From Candidatus Methylomirabilota bacterium (GTDB lineage: Bacteria > Methylomirabilota > Methylomirabilia > Methylomirabilales > CSP1-5), in contig JAPUFX010000053.1 of the NCBI GenBank assembly GCA_027293415.1, positions 14,874 to 78,873 on the forward strand: DNA of 64,000 nucleotides. The letters run 5' to 3'. How positions within the stretch are numbered: the stretch's first letter is position 1; the number at the start of each line of letters is the position of its first letter. Positions 1 to 8,865 of the stretch are shown here, piece by piece. The notes beneath the pieces are model-generated. The model searched no databases. It was not told where the DNA came from and saw nothing but the letters and a program-made list of their open reading frames with translations. Both the position numbers and the translations under genes were made by a program.

Positions 1-1
1 C

Positions 2-655
2 CTGACCCCCGCAGAGACCCGGCAGGCATTCAACAACAAGGGTTGGCGAACCGTCGTGGGCTTCCAGACGCGAAACCCCGTCCACCGGGCCCACGAATAC
101 ATCCAGAAGTGTGCCCTGGAGGTCGTGGATGGCCTCCTCCTGCATCCGTTAGTTGGGGAGACGAAGCAGGATGACATTCCCGCAGAAACCCGGCTGCGCT
201 GTTACGAGGTGCTTTTGGAAGGGTATTATCCCAAAGATCGTGTCATCCTGGCGGTCCTTCCGGCGGCCATGCGCTATGCCGGCCCGCGAGAAGCTATTTT
301 TCATGCGTTGATTCGGAAAAATTACGGGTGTACCCATTTCATCGTCGGCCGAGATCATGCCGGCGTGGGGAATTATTACGGCACCTTTGACGCCCATCTG
401 ATCTTTCGGGACTTCGCCCAGGAGGAGCTGGGGATTACTCCCCTCTTTTTTGACCACGCCTTTTATTGTCGAAGTTGCCAGGGAATGGCCACCACCAAGA
501 CCTGTCCGCACGGTCCTCAGGAGCGAGTAAGCCTTTCGGGGACCAAGGTCCGAGAGATGTTGCACCGGATCGAACTCCCCCCTTCCGAATACACGCGGCA
601 AGAAGTGGCGGAAGTGCTGCTCCAATGGGCCAATACGGATCAGTACCGTATCTGA
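2..655 (+). CDS. sat: sulfate adenylyltransferase (ATP sulfurylase), 5' end cut by window edge
   Basis: Frame is open from nt 2. Motifs [13 protein letters not shown] and [10 protein letters not shown] are typical of the ATP sulfurylase catalytic domain. Confidence 0.9.
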   Translation: MTPAETRQAFNNKGWRTVVGFQTRNPVHRAHEYIQKCALEVVDGLLLHPLVGETKQDDIPAETRLRCYEVLLEGYYPKDRVILAVLPAAMRYAGPREAIFHALIRKNYGCTHFIVGRDHAGVGNYYGTFDAHLIFRDFAQEELGITPLFFDHAFYCRSCQGMATTKTCPHGPQERVSLSGTKVREMLHRIELPPSEYTRQEVAEVLLQWANTDQYRI

Positions 656-751
656 CCTTCGACTTTCCCGCCTCCTGACAGCCTCGATGGACCTGCCTTT
701 GTTGCGAGGAAATGTCGGGGAATTCGGGAAGGATATTAGGGAGAAGCAGCG

Positions 752-1744
752 ATGATTGGATCAATGGTCACGTTTCTTGCTGGCGTCGTCGCCCGTCTCA
801 ATTGCTCGAAGCTTGCGCGGCGGGGGAGCGAAATGCTCCAGCGACTTGCCGAGCGAATAGATCACTCCGGGCAGGGAAGAGCGTGTCTTCACGCGGGGAA
901 CGGTTGGGGTGTGCCCTTGAGGAGAGGTGGACGGGTCTCTCTGGTCGGGGCAGGGCCAGGCGAACCGGGCCTCCTGACCCTCAAAGGAAAGCTTTGCCTC
1001 GAAGAAGCGGACGTGGTCGTCTACGATTATTTGGTGAACGAATCTCTCCTGACGAACTGCCGCCCCGAGGCAGACCGAATCCATGTTGGGAAGCCGGGGT
1101 CGTACCAGAGGCTGTCCCAGGAGGAGATTAATCGCCTCTTGATCGAGCGGGCCAGGGAAGGCAAGGTGGTCGTCCGTCTCAAAGGGGGGGATCCATTTAT
1201 TTTCAGCCGCGGAGGGGAGGAGGCGGAAGCACTTGCCGAGGCAGGGATTCACTTCGAGGTCGTGCCGGGAGTCACCTCGGCTATCGCCGTCCCAAGTTAT
1301 GCCGGGATTCCCCTCACACACCGAGACTTGGCCTCCACGGTGGCGTTTGTGACCGGGAACGAAAACCTGACGAAGGAGGCCTCAGGAATCGACTGGAAAG
1401 CCGTCGCCGGGATGGGGACCATAGTCTTTCTCATGGGAGTCAGTCGGCTGTCCCTGATTGTGGCGAGGCTCGTTGAGGAAGGGCGCGACCCAGAGACTCC
1501 CGTCGCGGTGATACAGTGGGGGACCTTGCCCCGGCAAAAGACCGTCACGGGCACGCTGCGAGACATTCGAGAAAGGGCGAGGGGGATGCGGTCACCCGGT
1601 ATCATCGTCGTCGGAGAGGTGGTAAGGGTTCGAAACCGCCTCAGATGGTTTGAGGAAGGCAGGTGCGTTCGCGAGACTGCAGTGACCCAAACGCAGGGGC
1701 ACGAGGCGGTCCTCGCCAAGCTGATCCAACCGGAGTCTGCCTAG
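752..1744 (+). CDS. cobA: uroporphyrinogen-III C-methyltransferase (SUMT, siroheme/B12 branch)
   Basis: VSLVGAGPGEPGLLTLKG, VVRLKGGDPFIFSRGGEE and VVPGVTSAIAVPSYAGIPLTHRD match the tetrapyrrole methylase fold. The true start may be the internal Met at 833. Confidence 0.85.
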   Translation: MIGSMVTFLAGVVARLNCSKLARRGSEMLQRLAERIDHSGQGRACLHAGNGWGVPLRRGGRVSLVGAGPGEPGLLTLKGKLCLEEADVVVYDYLVNESLLTNCRPEADRIHVGKPGSYQRLSQEEINRLLIERAREGKVVVRLKGGDPFIFSRGGEEAEALAEAGIHFEVVPGVTSAIAVPSYAGIPLTHRDLASTVAFVTGNENLTKEASGIDWKAVAGMGTIVFLMGVSRLSLIVARLVEEGRDPETPVAVIQWGTLPRQKTVTGTLRDIRERARGMRSPGIIVVGEVVRVRNRLRWFEEGRCVRETAVTQTQGHEAVLAKLIQPESA

Positions 1745-1746
1745 GC

Positions 1747-1775
1747 TTGTGAGGGCGAAAAATTTTCGGTACAAT
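1747..1775 (+). promoter_or_regulatory. sigma70-like promoter (TTGTGA-17-TACAAT)
   Basis: TTGTGA at 1747-1752, a 17-nt spacer, then TACAAT at 1770-1775. It sits about 30 nt upstream of the NIL-1 start. Confidence 0.4.
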
Positions 1776-1805
1776 GCATCTGCGTTTTCCAGCGCGGAGG
1801 CAACT

Positions 1806-2045
1806 TTGGCGCGAAGACGAGTACATCTCACTTTTCCCGGAAAGCTCATGAACGAACCACTGTTGTGGAAGATGAGTCAGCAGTTCGATCTCGTCTTCAA
1901 CATCCGTCAGGCGGACTTCACCGAGGGGATTGGGTGGCTTATGGCGGAGTTGGAGGGAGATGAAAAGGGGCTGCAGAGCGGCATACGATGGCTGGAGGAA
2001 CAGGGCGTCCATGTGGACCCGATCGAGCAGGACGTCGTCCAGTGA
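1806..2045 (+). CDS. stand-alone NIL-domain protein (copy 1)
   Basis: With a TTG start at 1806 the N-terminus reads (M)ARRRVHLTFPGKL, parallel to MATRRLSLTFPSDL of the 2304 paralog. Length is about 79 aa. The fold assignment comes from similarity to the MetN C-terminal NIL domain. Confidence 0.6.
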   Translation: MARRRVHLTFPGKLMNEPLLWKMSQQFDLVFNIRQADFTEGIGWLMAELEGDEKGLQSGIRWLEEQGVHVDPIEQDVVQ

Positions 2046-2052
2046 GATTTCG

Positions 2053-2084
2053 CTTGACAGCATCGGCCCCTTTTGCTGTTATTA
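2053..2084 (+). promoter_or_regulatory. sigma70-like promoter for the riboswitch transcript
   Basis: TTGACA at 2053-2058, followed 17-20 nt later by the AT-rich stretch TGTTATTAAT. The riboswitch P1 stem begins about 25 nt downstream. Confidence 0.45.
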
Positions 2085-2102
2085 ATGGTTGATTGAATAG
2101 AA

Positions 2103-2234
2103 CTTCACTTCTCATCAAGAGCGGCTGAGGGACTGGCCCGACGAAGCCGCGGCAACGGCCCGCCGTTATGGACGGCGGGAGATGTGCTAACTCCTGCACC
2201 TCCGATCTTGCGCATCGGGGTGAGAGATGAGAGG
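2103..2234 (+). promoter_or_regulatory. SAM-I (S-box) riboswitch aptamer
   Basis: CTTCTCATCAAGAGCGGCTGAGGGACTGGCCCGACGAAGCCGCGGCAAC ... GTGCTAACTCCTGCA ... AGATGAGAG matches the S-box core, and P1 closes as TCTCATC/GATGAGA. Confidence 0.9.
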
Positions 2235-2257
2235 GTGGATGCGTAGCGGTTATGCAA

Positions 2258-2288
2258 CCCCTTCTCATACGGAGAAGGGGTTTTTTTT
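2258..2288 (+). terminator. riboswitch expression-platform intrinsic terminator
   Basis: CCCCTTCTC-ATAC(G)-GAGAAGGGG followed by T8. The 5' arm (CCCTTCTCAT) can alternatively pair with the P1 3' strand (ATGAGAGGG), giving SAM-off logic. Confidence 0.85.
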
Positions 2289-2303
2289 GGGATTGTAAGG
2301 GGT

Positions 2304-2534
2304 ATGGCGACGCGGCGTCTCTCTCTGACGTTTCCTTCGGACTTGATCAAGGAACCGGTCATCTACCGGGTTTCGAAGGAGTGCAACCTGGTTCCCAACA
2401 TTCGAAAGGCCCAGGTCACCGATACCACTGGTGAGGTGATTTTGGACTTTCAGGGACGGGAGGAAGACCTCGAGAGAGGGATAACTTACCTCGTTGACCG
2501 CGGAATTACGGTTGAGGAAGTTCGGGAGGAATGA
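2304..2534 (+). CDS. stand-alone NIL-domain protein (copy 2)
   Basis: 76 aa, first gene after the riboswitch terminator. It is a paralog of the 1806 ORF. Confidence 0.7.
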   Translation: MATRRLSLTFPSDLIKEPVIYRVSKECNLVPNIRKAQVTDTTGEVILDFQGREEDLERGITYLVDRGITVEEVREE

Positions 2535-2579
2535 TAACGGCGCTGGATCTGTCCGCCAGGTCCATGCGAGGAGGGTTCG

Positions 2580-3860
2580 ATGGTGAAAATCAAGGGGCTA
2601 CAGTGCCGTGAGTGCGGCCGTCCCTATCCGGCCAAGCCTCTGCATGTCTGTGAGTTCTGCTTTGGGCCGTTGGAGGTTGACTACGATTACGCCAGTCTGA
2701 AGAAGGTAGTCAGCCGCAAGCGGATCGAGGCCGGCCCACCGACTATGTGGAGGTATCGCGATTTGCTTCCGATCGAGCAGGAGGTGCCAGTCGGAGAGCA
2801 CTGCGGCATGACCCCCTTGATCCGGGCAAGACACCTCGAAAAAGCCCTTGGGGCACAGGAAGTCTACATCAAAAACGATGCGGTCTGCCACCCGTCCCTC
2901 TCTTTTAAGGACCGTGTCGTCTCGGTCGCCGTGACCAAGGCAATGGAATTTGGTTTTGACGTCGTGTCATGCGCCTCGACCGGGAACCTCGCCAACTCTG
3001 TTGCTGCCCATGCGGCGGAAGCGGGTCTCAAGAGTTTTATCTTTGTCCCGGCCGGCCTGGAGCAGGGGAAGATCGTTGGGACATTGATTTACGGTCCCAT
3101 TTTGGTGGAAGTCGATGGGAACTACGATGAAGTCAACCGGCTGTGCAGCGAGATAGCCGACAGATATGGTTGGGCTTTCGTGAACATCAATATCCGGCCG
3201 TATTACGCAGAGGGTTCCAAAACATTCGGCTATGAGATTGCCGAGCAGCTGGGCTGGCATGCTCCGCGACACATCATTGTCCCTTCCGCCGGCGGTTCGC
3301 TGGTCACGAAAATTTGGAAAGGGCTGAAGGAGTTTTGCCTGTTGGGACTGATCCCGGAATGTCACACCCGGATGCACGTAGCACAAGCGGCTGGGTGCAA
3401 TCCGATCGTGACGGCTATTCGCAACAGGTGTGACACCATTCGGCCCGTGCGGCCTGACACGATTTGTAAGTCGTTAGCCATTGGCAACCCCGCGGATGGA
3501 TACTATGCCTTCAAGGCAGTCGAGGAGAGCAGCGGGTATGCGGCCGATGCCAGCGACGAAGAGATCGTCGATGGGATGAAGCTTCTCGCCGAGACCGAGG
3601 GAATCTTTACGGAGACCGCGGGCGGGGTCACGGTGGCTGCGGCCAAGCGATTGATCGATACGGGGGTTATTTCCCATGACGAGAGCATTGTGCTTTCCAT
3701 CACTGGAAACGGCCTCAAGACGCAGGAAGTGGTCTTTAACGCCCTCAGGCCCACCGTTTCCATCAAGCCGTCGTTGAAATCCTTCGATGAGGCGATTGCG
3801 GAACGGCCGGATCTGGAGGCAGAATTCATTTCTCAGGCCCCACCCAACATTCAGGGATAA
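2580..3860 (+). CDS. threonine-synthase-like PLP enzyme with N-terminal Cys4 zinc ribbon
   Basis: CRECG...CEFCFG ribbon, PLP-lysine motif SLSFKDR, and fold-type II PLP features (ASTGNLANS, PSAGGSL). Confidence 0.85.
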   Translation: MVKIKGLQCRECGRPYPAKPLHVCEFCFGPLEVDYDYASLKKVVSRKRIEAGPPTMWRYRDLLPIEQEVPVGEHCGMTPLIRARHLEKALGAQEVYIKNDAVCHPSLSFKDRVVSVAVTKAMEFGFDVVSCASTGNLANSVAAHAAEAGLKSFIFVPAGLEQGKIVGTLIYGPILVEVDGNYDEVNRLCSEIADRYGWAFVNINIRPYYAEGSKTFGYEIAEQLGWHAPRHIIVPSAGGSLVTKIWKGLKEFCLLGLIPECHTRMHVAQAAGCNPIVTAIRNRCDTIRPVRPDTICKSLAIGNPADGYYAFKAVEESSGYAADASDEEIVDGMKLLAETEGIFTETAGGVTVAAAKRLIDTGVISHDESIVLSITGNGLKTQEVVFNALRPTVSIKPSLKSFDEAIAERPDLEAEFISQAPPNIQG

Positions 3861-3875
3861 CGTGTGGAGGAAACC

Positions 3876-4151
3876 ATGAGCGTCCTCGTCCGCATTCCGA
3901 CACCGCTCCGAAGCCTGACGAAGGGCCAGGCTGAGGTTCAGGAAGAGGGGAGCTCTGTTCAGGAGCTCATAGAAAACCTGGAAGACAAGTACAAGGGATT
4001 AAAAGAGCGGCTTTGCGATGGGCAGGACATCCGCCGCTTCATCAATATTTATGTAAACGACGAGGACATCCGGTTCCTCCAAGGAACCGCGACACCGCTC
4101 AAGCCTGGAGATCAAATCTCTATCGTCCCAGCCATTGCTGGGGGGAGGTAA
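3876..4151 (+). CDS. CysO/MoaD/ThiS-family sulfur-carrier protein
   Basis: FINIYVNDEDIRF and C-terminal IVPAIAGG-R closely resemble mycobacterial CysO as I recall it. GGAGG lies 5 nt upstream of the ATG at 3876; the ORF track begins at the GTG at 3864. Confidence 0.85.
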   Translation: MSVLVRIPTPLRSLTKGQAEVQEEGSSVQELIENLEDKYKGLKERLCDGQDIRRFINIYVNDEDIRFLQGTATPLKPGDQISIVPAIAGGR

Positions 4152-4199
4152 TCCCCCCAAGCTGCCTCGCATATAATCCCTGACCCACCATAAGACGGG

Positions 4200-4243
4200 A
4201 CGCCCTCCCGGGCGCCATACAGCCTGGGAGGGCGTTTTGCTTT
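4200..4243 (+). terminator. intrinsic terminator after the sulfur-carrier gene
   Basis: ACGCCCTCCC (4200-4209) pairs with GGGAGGGCGT (4226-4235), followed by TTTGCTTT. Confidence 0.75.
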
Positions 4244-4476
4244 CAAAAAGCGTAATTGTAACTGACCGGCACACGGGTTGCATCTGAAGGCCGGGGGCAA
4301 ACTGGTCGTTGTGGGCGGCGCGTGTCAAGAGGCGTGTAAAGATAATCGAATTTTTGCCGATATACCTTATCAGAGCTAGGAACGTGGCTGCCGTCTCTGA
4401 TATGGACCTGCCTCACGTGCAGCCATTGAACAGTTCATCGGGGAGAGGGAGCCGATATATGGCTTGCGGAGGAGAC

Positions 4477-4650
4477 ATGACGGAGAATGAAAACGGTTTT
4501 AACATCCATCAGTGTGACGGCTGCGGTGGGGCTTTGACGAAGCGCGAGCAGCTCTACGGTTTGTGCAGCAAATGCGAGAAACCCGTGCCGTCGGTGGCAA
4601 AGAATCCGGGGAAGACACGGAAACAAAGCAAGGAGCGGCGCTCAGCGTAG
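4477..4650 (+). CDS. small zinc-ribbon protein with basic tail (hypothetical)
   Basis: GGAGGAG is followed by the ATG at 4477. CDGCGG...CSKCEKP forms a Cys4 pair, followed by a lysine/arginine tail. The N-terminal extension in the ORF track is not supported. Confidence 0.35.
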   Translation: MTENENGFNIHQCDGCGGALTKREQLYGLCSKCEKPVPSVAKNPGKTRKQSKERRSA

Positions 4651-4703
4651 CATAAGCGTTGTCAGTAGCGCAAGACCCACGCACATGGTGCATTGATACA
4701 ATC

Positions 4704-4728
4704 ATGGGCCTCGATGGCCCTTTTTTTA
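4704..4728 (+). terminator. intrinsic terminator
   Basis: GGGCC-TCGAT-GGCCC followed by T7. Confidence 0.6.
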
Positions 4729-4995
4729 TGTCCTCGCGACCGTGCATGCCATCCTACACTGCCGACCTGCCGACAAAAAAGTCCCGCGCCTGCTAACGTT
4801 TCCCGACGGAGGATGTCGGGAGACGGTTGTCAGAAAGTGACCGGCCGTGTTAGACTTGGGCCTCCCGACGGGTGGTTTCTTTCTAAGTGGGGGGAAAGGC
4901 GTGTTTGTTTCGGGCCCCACGGAGGATAGCCCACTTTCGAGATTCCCACGCCGCCACGCGACGGCGGATCCTTACCGACACGCACCTGGGGGGAA

Positions 4996-5796
4996 GTGAT
5001 GCGCATCGTTGTGTGTCTCAAACAGATCATCGATCCCGAGCTTCCCAGCAGTCAATTTAAAATTGATCCAGGGTCAAAGCGACAGCAACCAAATGGTCAT
5101 CCGCTCGTCATCAGCCCTTACGATGAAAATGCCCTTGAGCTCGCGCTGCAGCTCAAAGACCAAGCTGCTGGCCATGTGACAGTGCTCAGCGTCGGGCAGT
5201 CTTCGGCAGTCAGCGCCCTCCGCAAAGGGGTGGCCATGGGTGCGGACGAGGCCGCCTTGATCAGCGATCCTGCCCTTGAGGGATCCGATGCCTTTGGGAT
5301 TGCTGCCGCATTGGCTCAAGGGATTCAGAAGCTAGGGCCACCAGATCTGGTCCTCTGTGGTTGCGAGTCCGGAGACTGGGCCGATAGGATCATTGGCCCC
5401 ATTCTGGCGGAAGCGCTTGGAATCCCCTGTGTTACCTATGTTGCCCGGGCGGAGAAACATAACGGTCACGTGCGAGCCCAGCGGGTGGTGGAGGAGGGTT
5501 ACGAGATTTGGGAGGTTACGCCACCCCTGTTGCTCACCATCCTCAGTCACGAATCGAATGTCCCCAGATATCCGAAGGTCAAGAACATCATGACTGCCTC
5601 CCGGAGGCCAATCTCGACATGGTCTCTCAGTGATATTGGTCTCGATACGGGACATGTCGGGAACGCGGTCACCCGAGTTGAGATCCAGGAGCTTACCCTG
5701 CCGATGCGAGAGTCTCGCTGTGAGTTCCTCGAAGGAGAGCCAGGGGAGCAAGTCGCGTCGTTGATCACGAAACTCCGAGAGAAAAAGGTGATTTGA
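4996..5796 (+). CDS. etfB: electron transfer flavoprotein beta subunit
   Basis: MRIVVCLKQIIDP... and PYDENALELAL are typical of the EtfB N-terminus. Confidence 0.9.
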   Translation: MMRIVVCLKQIIDPELPSSQFKIDPGSKRQQPNGHPLVISPYDENALELALQLKDQAAGHVTVLSVGQSSAVSALRKGVAMGADEAALISDPALEGSDAFGIAAALAQGIQKLGPPDLVLCGCESGDWADRIIGPILAEALGIPCVTYVARAEKHNGHVRAQRVVEEGYEIWEVTPPLLLTILSHESNVPRYPKVKNIMTASRRPISTWSLSDIGLDTGHVGNAVTRVEIQELTLPMRESRCEFLEGEPGEQVASLITKLREKKVI

Positions 5797-5799
5797 GCC

Positions 5800-6780
5800 A
5801 TGGGCGGAATCTTTGTGTTTGCCAAAGTGGAGAATGGAGTTCCCTCCCGTTCAACCCTCGAACTCTTGGGCGGTGCCCAAAAAATCGCTGCGGGGCTGGA
5901 GGAGCCTGTCACTGCCGGCCTTCTGGGCCAGGGGGATGCGGCTCTCTTGTACGCCTATGGGGTGGAAACTGTCTATCGGGTCGATCATCCCCTGCTGAAA
6001 GAATACCAGGCTGATTTACATTTGCTGGCCCTGGAACGGATCGGCCGGACGGCTGAACCCCGGGTCATCCTCCTGCCTGGGGATTCCTTGGGGCGAGACC
6101 TCGCCGGTCGCCTGGCCTTCCGCCTCCAGACAGGAATTGTCACAGAAGTGATAGATATCGACGTACACGCTTCAGAAAAAAGTCTGCGCTTTACTCGCCA
6201 GACCTATGGAGGCAAGGCCATAGCCGCTATCGTTCCGAAGGCCTTTCCCGTGGTCGCAACACTGAAGCCTCGGACCTTTGATCCGGCTGCCCGAGCGGGC
6301 GACAGGACAGGAACCGAGATCCCGGTAGAGGCTCCCCTCGACGGTGCGCAGGCACGAACCCGGTTGGTGGAACGTGTCCAGGAGGAGACCACAGGTGTGA
6401 AACTCGAGGACGCCCAGGTGGTGATCTCTGGTGGCCGGGGGCTCGGAGGCCCCGAGGGATTCGACTTGTTGGTGGAGCTTGCCCGTGTTCTCAAGGGAGC
6501 GGTGGGGTCGTCACGGGCTGCCACCGATGCCGGATGGGTTCCCTCCTCAATGCAGGTGGGGCAGACAGGAAAGACGGTCAGCCCGGACCTGTATATTGCT
6601 GTTGGGATTTCTGGGGCTACCCAACATGTGGCCGGGATCAGTGGCGCCAAGACCATTGTCGCCATCAACACAGATCCAGAGGCCTCTATCTTTAAGGTTG
6701 CTCACCTCGGAATCGTGGGTGACTACAAGGCAATCCTTCCTCCCTTGATTGCCAAGTGTCGAGAACTCGTGGGAGGATGA
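5800..6780 (+). CDS. etfA: electron transfer flavoprotein alpha subunit
   Basis: The C-terminal FAD-binding region (VISGGRGLG..., YIAVGISGATQHVAG) is present, and the gene abuts etfB. Confidence 0.9.
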   Translation: MGGIFVFAKVENGVPSRSTLELLGGAQKIAAGLEEPVTAGLLGQGDAALLYAYGVETVYRVDHPLLKEYQADLHLLALERIGRTAEPRVILLPGDSLGRDLAGRLAFRLQTGIVTEVIDIDVHASEKSLRFTRQTYGGKAIAAIVPKAFPVVATLKPRTFDPAARAGDRTGTEIPVEAPLDGAQARTRLVERVQEETTGVKLEDAQVVISGGRGLGGPEGFDLLVELARVLKGAVGSSRAATDAGWVPSSMQVGQTGKTVSPDLYIAVGISGATQHVAGISGAKTIVAINTDPEASIFKVAHLGIVGDYKAILPPLIAKCRELVGG

Positions 6781-6783
6781 GGC

Positions 6784-8757
6784 ATGGACCAGGTGCCGGC
6801 CAGGGAAATCTACTGGAACATTTCAGAGCACCTGTTGCTCTATATCCTCTTCCTGCCTTTTCTCGCCATCTTCCTGTACGGTTGCTACAAAGCCTGGGGC
6901 GCCCTCCTACTCGGCAAGGGAGAGGTGCGGCTCGGTGAGCTGAAAGCGCGCCTCAAGGCGCTCACCAACCAAGGCCTCTTGCAGCGGCGGATCGCCCAGG
7001 AGAAATACGCTGGCCTCATGCATCTCACCCTCTCCTGGGGATTTCTCGTCCTCCTCATCGCCACCACCTTGGTTGCTTTCCAGGATTACTTTGGTCTCCC
7101 GGTCCTCCAGGGTTCCTTCTATCTCTATTTCATGTCATTCACTGTCGATCTCTTCGGCCTCGCGGCCGTCCTTGGAACGCTGATGGCTATCATCCGGCGA
7201 TTCGTTCGCCCTCCAGCCCGCCTGATGGAGCCCCGGGGGCCCGATCGTTTCGGCTGGCTCCTTATTCTTTTCTTGGGTGTCCTGTTGACCGGATTCCTTG
7301 TGGAAGGGCTCCGGATCGCAGCAACCGGCGACCCATGGGGTCCCTGGTCGCCCGGAGGGTGGGTTTCGGCGCTTCTCTTCCGCGGAGTCGGGGCGGGGTA
7401 TGCGGAAGCGTTTCATCAGGTCCTTTGGTGGGTGCACGCTGCACTCTCCTTTGGCTTCATCGCTGCCATTCCGTATACGGGCGTGTTTCATCTGTTGACG
7501 GCCCCGGTCAACGTCTTTCTCCGTAACCCGCAACCCTCAGGCGTGCTCAGCCCATTGGCGGTGGAGGAAGAACGGCTGGGGGCCTCGACCATCAGGGACT
7601 TCACGAAGAAGGCGCTCTTGGATCTGTACGCGTGCACCGAGTGCGGGCGATGCCAGGATGTCTGTCCTGCATGGACCACTGGGAAACCCCTGACCCCCAA
7701 AGGGGTGATCCTCGATCTTCGGGACCATTTGACCAAAGTACACCGCGGCGACGAGACCCGGCGAATGGTCGGCGAGGTGATCACCGAGGATGTTCTCTGG
7801 GCCTGTACCACGTGCGGGGCGTGCCATGAAGCCTGTCCCGTCTATATCGAGCCCATTCCCAAGATTCTGGACATGCGCCGTCACCTCGTGATGGAAGAGG
7901 CGAGGTTTCCAGAGCAGATGCAGGAGGCACTCAGGAGCCTGGAGACTCGAGGGCATCCGTATAAAGGAGTGAGTGCCGGTCGGGCCGATTGGGCCAAGGG
8001 ACTCCGGATCCCCGAAGCGGCGAAACTCAAGGAAGTAGATCTCCTGTACTGGGTCGGCTGCGCGGGCGCTTTTGATGAACGCGGCCAACAGGTAAGTCGG
8101 GCCATGGTGCAGGTACTGGAAGCGGCTGGGGTGGAGTTCGCTATCCTGGGCAATGAAGAGCGCTGCACGGGAGATCCGGCCAGGCGGATCGGCAATGAGT
8201 ATCTTTTTCAACTCCTGGCCCAGGAAAACATTACGACCTTGAACCGGTACCAAGTGAAAAAAATTGTGACCGCCTGTCCACACTGCTTCAACACGCTGAA
8301 GCACGAGTATCCCCAGTTTGGTGGGGAATTCGAGGTGGTCCATCACAGCCAATTCCTGGCCCAGCTCCTGCGGGATGGGCACTTGGCCATCCAAAAGCGA
8401 TTCAGCGGGACCGTGAGCTTTCATGATCCCTGTTACCTGGGGCGCCACAATGGGATCTACGATGATCCCCGGGAAGTGATTGGTTATTTTCCGGGCTTTC
8501 ATCAGGTCGAGATGCCCAGGTGTCGAGAGAAGGGGTTTTGCTGTGGTGCCGGCGGGGGATTGATGTGGGTCGAGGAGCGGATTGGCAAACGCATGAACCT
8601 CGAGAGAACAGATGAGTTCTTGACGACCGGGGCGTCCGTCGTGGCGACCGCCTGCCCCTTTTGTCTGACGATGATGACCGACGGAATCACCGTGCGCGGG
8701 AAGAGTCAGACGGTGAAAGCCTACGATCTGGCTGAGCTGGTGGCCCGCGCACTATGA
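6784..8757 (+). CDS. membrane-bound Fe-S oxidoreductase (NarI/DsrM-like TM domain + 2x[4Fe-4S] + two CCG domains), Etf-linked
   Basis: Hydrophobic N-terminal half, [12 protein letters not shown] and [12 protein letters not shown] ferredoxin motifs, and CCG-type cysteines ([25 protein letters not shown]). Confidence 0.85.
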   Translation: MDQVPAREIYWNISEHLLLYILFLPFLAIFLYGCYKAWGALLLGKGEVRLGELKARLKALTNQGLLQRRIAQEKYAGLMHLTLSWGFLVLLIATTLVAFQDYFGLPVLQGSFYLYFMSFTVDLFGLAAVLGTLMAIIRRFVRPPARLMEPRGPDRFGWLLILFLGVLLTGFLVEGLRIAATGDPWGPWSPGGWVSALLFRGVGAGYAEAFHQVLWWVHAALSFGFIAAIPYTGVFHLLTAPVNVFLRNPQPSGVLSPLAVEEERLGASTIRDFTKKALLDLYACTECGRCQDVCPAWTTGKPLTPKGVILDLRDHLTKVHRGDETRRMVGEVITEDVLWACTTCGACHEACPVYIEPIPKILDMRRHLVMEEARFPEQMQEALRSLETRGHPYKGVSAGRADWAKGLRIPEAAKLKEVDLLYWVGCAGAFDERGQQVSRAMVQVLEAAGVEFAILGNEERCTGDPARRIGNEYLFQLLAQENITTLNRYQVKKIVTACPHCFNTLKHEYPQFGGEFEVVHHSQFLAQLLRDGHLAIQKRFSGTVSFHDPCYLGRHNGIYDDPREVIGYFPGFHQVEMPRCREKGFCCGAGGGLMWVEERIGKRMNLERTDEFLTTGASVVATACPFCLTMMTDGITVRGKSQTVKAYDLAELVARAL

Positions 8758-8758
8758 C

Positions 8759-8849
8759 GGTTCAGAGTTGAGAGTTCAGGGTTCAGAACCACCAACTCGA
8801 CATTAAGCGGCGTTCATCCCTGAACCATGAAGGCTGAACCGTGAACTCC
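8759..8849. repeat. GTTCAGR-heptad palindromic intergenic element, copy 1
   Basis: The left arm GGTTCAGAGTTGAGAGTTCAGGGTTCAGAACC faces the right arm CCTGAACCATGAAGGCTGAACCGTGAACT. It shares the exact 14-mer GTTCAGGGTTCAGA and 12-mer GAACCGTGAACT with the copy at 30826. Confidence 0.6.
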
Positions 8850-8865
8850 CACCCGAGGTGGGGCA

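Noticed and set aside
4309-4476. Upstream extension of the small zinc-ribbon ORF
   Set aside because: It has no RBS and an odd composition. The ATG at 4477 has a GGAGGAG box, and even the short ORF is only low confidence.
7537-8502. 321-aa ORF on the - strand
   Set aside because: Antisense to the Fe-S oxidoreductase gene, whose ferredoxin and CCG motifs fix the + frame.
8759-8849. CRISPR array interpretation of the GTTCAG repeats
   Set aside because: The units are 7 nt, contiguous and arranged as an inverted repeat, with no spacers or cas genes. This is not a CRISPR array.
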